Shown: piece after piece, positions 53,798 to 64,000 of the stretch | Layout of the letters: every line of letters starts with the position of its first letter | How positions within the stretch are numbered: the stretch's first letter is position 1 | Assembly: GCA_964016885.1 (NCBI GenBank) | Contig: CAXHJY010000554.1 | Location: 23,742 to 87,741, forward strand | Length of the DNA: 64,000 nucleotides | Reading direction: 5' to 3' | DNA from: Eledone cirrhosa | Lineage: Eukaryota | Notes under the pieces: generated by a model | What the model saw: the letters and a program-made list of their open reading frames with translations, nothing else | What the model was told of the DNA's origin: nothing | The model's database searches: none | Made by a program: the position numbers and the translations under genes

Positions 53798-54023
53798 ATG
53801 AAAAATCGCGCGCGTATTTTGCAAGATTTCATTGGCAATGGCTCGTCACAACGCAAGCGAATTAGAAATACACTTTATAAAGATGTCGAACAAACCATAT
53901 ATAAATGGGTCCTCCAGCTTTGTCGTCAGGGACTACAGCCAAGTGCTATCAAAAATCAAGCGTAAAGCTATTGAAGTAGCACACAGCCTTGGCTATAATG
54001 GATTTTGCCTTCGTAATAATTGA
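53798..54023 (+). pseudogene. Frameshifted CENP-B/Tigger-type HTH (possible decayed or mis-assembled variable exon V9)
   Basis: One frame reads MKNRARILQDF..RKRIRNTLYKDVEQTIYKWVLQLCRQGLQPSAIK. After an extra A in the A5 run at 53951-53955, the next frame reads IKRKAIEVAHSLGYNGF. Together these give the HTH_Tnp_Tc5/CENP-B pattern. Confidence 0.65.
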
Positions 54024-54433
54024 CGAAAACAAGCGACGTTTTTGTTGATGATAAACTTAACACTAAACCAACCACATTTACAGTGTGTGCTGGGTGCTTC
54101 TTGTGACACCTACACGACCTCTTTACAGTGTGTGCCAGATACTTTTTGTCATGTCACCTACACGACCACTCTGCAATGTGGACTGGGTGCTTTTTGTCGT
54201 GTCTCCATTACAACCATTTTACAGTGGTGCTGGAGGCCTGTATATATATATATATATATAATGATAGTCTGGAACTAGCTGTTGAAATGGTTAGAGCTCA
54301 GCCGTCAGATCCCAACTCTTTATAATATAGCCATTTCTACTACTCCAAGTATCGAGTATTCTGTTGAGTAATGGTATAACTAATTTCAAACTGGTACTAT
54401 CTTGATTTCTGATGATATCTATATGTGTGTGTG

Positions 54434-55210
54434 TTCAGATCATCCCATATGTAATGTTAATTTTACACTATTCGTTAAAAACATTTTCCAGCATGTCTAA
54501 ACAAGATTTATTCTGCAGCTGTATAAATACTGCGGAGAAAGAAAAGCTTCATTCAGATGATTTCCTGCTTGCAGAAACAAGTTTTAATTTGTTCCTTTAA
54601 TAATCCTTCATGAAAATGGAAGTCCCAGAACGGCTCATAAGGCATGTCATGCTTTACCAGTGCAAAAAAGGCAACAGTGCTACGAATACTGTAAAAAATG
54701 TGCAAAAAATGTATGGTGAAGGTGTTTTGAATGTTCGTAAGTGCCAGCGATGGTTCCATAAATTTCGGCATGGGGATTTTGACTTGGAAGACGGCCACTG
54801 GTCTGGGCGCCCTGTCTCTTTTGATAATGATATGCTGAGGGTCGCTATTGAAAGAAATCCCCATGCAACTGTTTAAAAGTTAACAGAAGTTAATTTAGCT
54901 TCATCAACCGTCCATCGCCATTGGATTCCACATGGACTGAGTGAAAACAATCGAAGAGTTCGCGTCAACGGTTGCACTTAATTCTCGAGAGTATGTCTCC
55001 GTTTTCCACATCCCCATGACCTTGCTCCTTCAGATTGTTATTTATTCTGAAGTTTGCATGGAAGTTACTAATGGAAAATAATATAATTCCATAGAGACAT
55101 TTGAAATGGACCTCTGCGATTTTTTTCCCTTCAAAACCGTCCGATTTCTATAGGAATGGCAAAACCTTTTACAGCATTGGAAGAATGTTATTGATTTAGA
55201 TGGGGATTAT
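54434..55210 (+). mobile_element. Degenerate mariner transposon with internal deletions
   Basis: ORF 54610-54876 has the mariner HTH (IRHVMLY..CQRWFHKFRHGDFDLED..SGRP). A downstream DLAPSDCYLF remnant of YSPDLAPSD lies near 55018-55047. Stops and deletions are present. Confidence 0.85.
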
Positions 55211-55311
55211 AAACTATATATATATGTGTGTGTAAGTATATATGTAAGTATACATATATATATGTTTGCGTGTATGTATATATATATATACGTGCGTGTG
55301 TATATATATAA

Positions 55312-55455
55312 TGGAGGCACATGGCTTAGTGGTTAGAGCATTGGCCTTGCAATCGAAAGGTGAGTTCAATTCTCAGACCGGGTGATGTGTTGTTTCCTTG
55401 AGCAAGACACTATATTTTACATTGCTCCAGTTCACTCAGCTGTAGAAATGAGATG
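55312..55455 (+). mobile_element. tRNA-derived SINE head (second family)
   Basis: A-box tggcttagtggttagagc, B-box gagttcaattc, then ccttgagcaagacact body. Confidence 0.75.
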
Positions 55456-55917
55456 ATAGGGACTGGGGTCCCTATCATTCCACGGCAAAAAAGCACCCAG
55501 CCCACACTGTAAAGTGGACGTGTAGGTGCCACGGAAAAAAAGCACCCAGCACTCACTGTAAATGAGGTTAGTGTTAGGAAGGGCATCCAGCTGTAGAAAT
55601 CATGCCAGAATCAGTTCCCCTCCCACCCGTGCAAGCAGGGAAAAGTGGATGTAAAATGATGATGATATATATTTATATATACATACATATAATATATATA
55701 TAAGGTTCCCGGTAATACCCCGGAGCGGGCTTATTCCCAGTTCCCATTAAAATGCCCAATGCCTCTCAAACCAAAAAGGAAATCAAAATATAGGACAGAT
55801 AATGAAAAGCGAAGACAAATTCATTTACGAAACAATAATACAAACAAATATTGTTGGTTGCATTGGTCAGGCGAAAAAATGTTTGTTGAGTGTTGCTATA
55901 AGGAAAAAATAGAGCCC

Positions 55918-56300
55918 TCCATTAGGGGGTCTTAATATTATTGAAATTTTGTGAATAGGCATCATATCTTGTCATTTACCTATGGTTTAAATTTCATATA
56001 AATCGAAGAGAAAAAATGTTCAGCGGGGCTTTTGTGTCCCCGGAGAACCCTTTGATTAAAATGAAATATACTTATTCAAGTACCCTGGGCAATGTAGTTT
56101 CAGAATATATATGGTTATGGGGTCTATCTCCAAAACCATAGGAGGAGTTCGCGAAATCTTGTTCAATTTATTGGCCAAAATGTTCACTATAGGGTGTCTT
56201 AATATTATTGAAATTTTGTGAATAGGCATCATATGTTGTCATTTGCTTATGGTTTAAATTTCATAAAAATCGAAGGGGAAAATTTTTCAGCGGGGGCTTG
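55918..56300. repeat. Copy of the repeat at 131-470
   Basis: Near-identical blocks in the same orientation. Confidence 0.8.
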
Positions 56301-56362
56301 ACAGAAATTGCCATTTATGTGTATATATATATATATACATGCACACACATATATATATGTAC

Positions 56363-57208
56363 GTATGGATTTACCGAACATTTATTATAATGCTCGGTTT
56401 GTTTGTAAACAAACATCCCGAATTAAGCCGTACAGTGTTTAGCAACCATCGTTGCCCTTTTGTTCAACACTGACAAAGGAATGATGTACTAGTTTCAAGC
56501 TTATTAGCTATCATCAACACCGTATACCTTCCTGCCAGATGATTGAACGTTTGAAAGTATATACTTTCCTCATGCATATTAATGGGTGAGCAGCCTAATT
56601 TGCATATCGAGTGAGTTAGTCGGCCGGGCGCACCGAAAACGATAAATGGAAAAAATGAAACTAAATTTCATTTCTCACTCTTAGTACGACTGTTACTTAA
56701 ATATAAGTATGTGTACGTACAAACATATATGTATGCAGACGTACAGTGGTATGTATATATATATATATATATATATACACATACATACATACATGCACAC
56801 ACATATATATATATATGTACGTATGGATTTACCGAACATTTATTATAATGCTTGGTTTATATACTTATATTTAAGTAACAGCTGTACTAAGAGAGAGAAA
56901 TGAAATTTTGTTTCATTTTTTCCATTTATTGTTTTCGGTGCGCACGGCCGACTAACTCACTCGATATGCAAATTAGGCTGCTCACCCGTTAATATGCATA
57001 AGGAAAGTATATACTTTCAAATGTTCAATCATCTGGCAGGAAGGTATACGGTGCTGATGATAGCTAATAAGCTTGAAACTAGTACATCGTTCCTTTGTCA
57101 GTCTTGAACAAAAGGGCAACGATGGTTGCTAAACACTGTACGGCTTAATTTGGGATGTTTGTTTACAAATAAACCGAGCATTATAATAAATGTTCGGTAA
57201 ATCCATAC
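56363..57208. repeat. Long inverted repeat: ~348-bp arms 56363-56710 and 56861-57208
   Basis: Arms are high-identity reverse complements separated by a 150-nt spacer. Confidence 0.9.
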
Positions 57209-57684
57209 ACAGATACATGCGAATACATACATATACATGCGTATACACACATATATCCCTGAATTTGTGGTGCCAATATATATATATATATGTGTGTGTG
57301 TATGTATATATATGTGTGTGTGTATATATATGTGTGTATGTATATATATGTGTGTATGTATATATATGTGTGTATGTGTATGTATATATATGTGTGTGTG
57401 TGTATGTATGTATATATATATGTGTGTGTGTATGTATATATATATATATATATAGTGTTCTCCTCTAATAACATTTGCAGTAAAGTAAATATAATTTGAT
57501 TTATTCATTTTCTTTAAAAAACAAAACAAAAAACGTTAGATTGTTTCAGCAAAGCGAATATTCGCTAAGTCTCTTCGGGGAAGTAGAAAGAGGTTGAGCG
57601 AACATTCGTTTTACTGAAACATCGTAGCTATACTGTGAGAAACTAAATAAAACAACTTATATATTTGTGTGAATGCGTGTGGAC

Positions 57685-57716
<32 letters not shown>

Positions 57717-57921
57717 ATATAAAATCTCAAAAGATGGTTAAGAGTTTCATGTATTTTATTATGCGCATTTCAAAAACAAATATCATCGCATAATAAATTA
57801 TATGTAACTCTTAAACATCTTTTGATTTTATATTATTTATACTCCAGTCCTATAAACTGTTGAGTGTTACTTATCCGATATTTGCATTGCTTTATTGTGC
57901 TACAATAAAACTCACCTCATA

Positions 57922-64000
<6,079 letters not shown>

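Noticed and set aside
54610-54876. Mariner HTH ORF as another array member
   Set aside because: It lies within a decayed mariner with catalytic-region remnants, ends in a stop, and has no convincing donor after the domain.
55312-55385. tRNA gene
   Set aside because: A and B boxes are present, but there is no complete cloverleaf and it continues into a SINE body.
131-56300. Direct repeats near both window ends as LTRs or boundaries of one giant element
   Set aside because: Internal arrangement differs between copies and there are no TG..CA ends or TSD; more likely a common interspersed repeat.

Overview
AT-rich, intron-containing animal DNA. The SINE, RTE-LINE and microsatellite content suggests an octopus or other coleoid cephalopod (inference). 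Most of the window is decayed RTE/CR1-type LINE fragments, tRNA-derived SINEs, MITEs, Penelope-type hammerhead remnants, a mariner fossil and a terminal ~6 kb (TA)n tract. Among these repeats lies a same-strand (+) array of eight short, intact coding units. Each starts with its own ATG, encodes one transposon-type DNA-binding domain and ends at a GT splice donor: FLYWCH (3682), THAP (11645, with a 40-nt mini-exon at 18048), THAP (21827), Brinker/pogo-type HTH (23404), THAP (31572), Brinker/pogo-type HTH (34332), split THAP (36153+41736) and a Cys/His transposase N-terminal-like domain (48703). A frameshifted CENP-B-type HTH follows at 53798. Seven of the eight intact units end in a phase-1 donor, and none has a catalytic domain or an identifiable private 3' exon. 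The best reading is one gene with a cluster of alternative first exons (swappable DNA-binding domains) spliced to shared constant exons that I could not find in the window.
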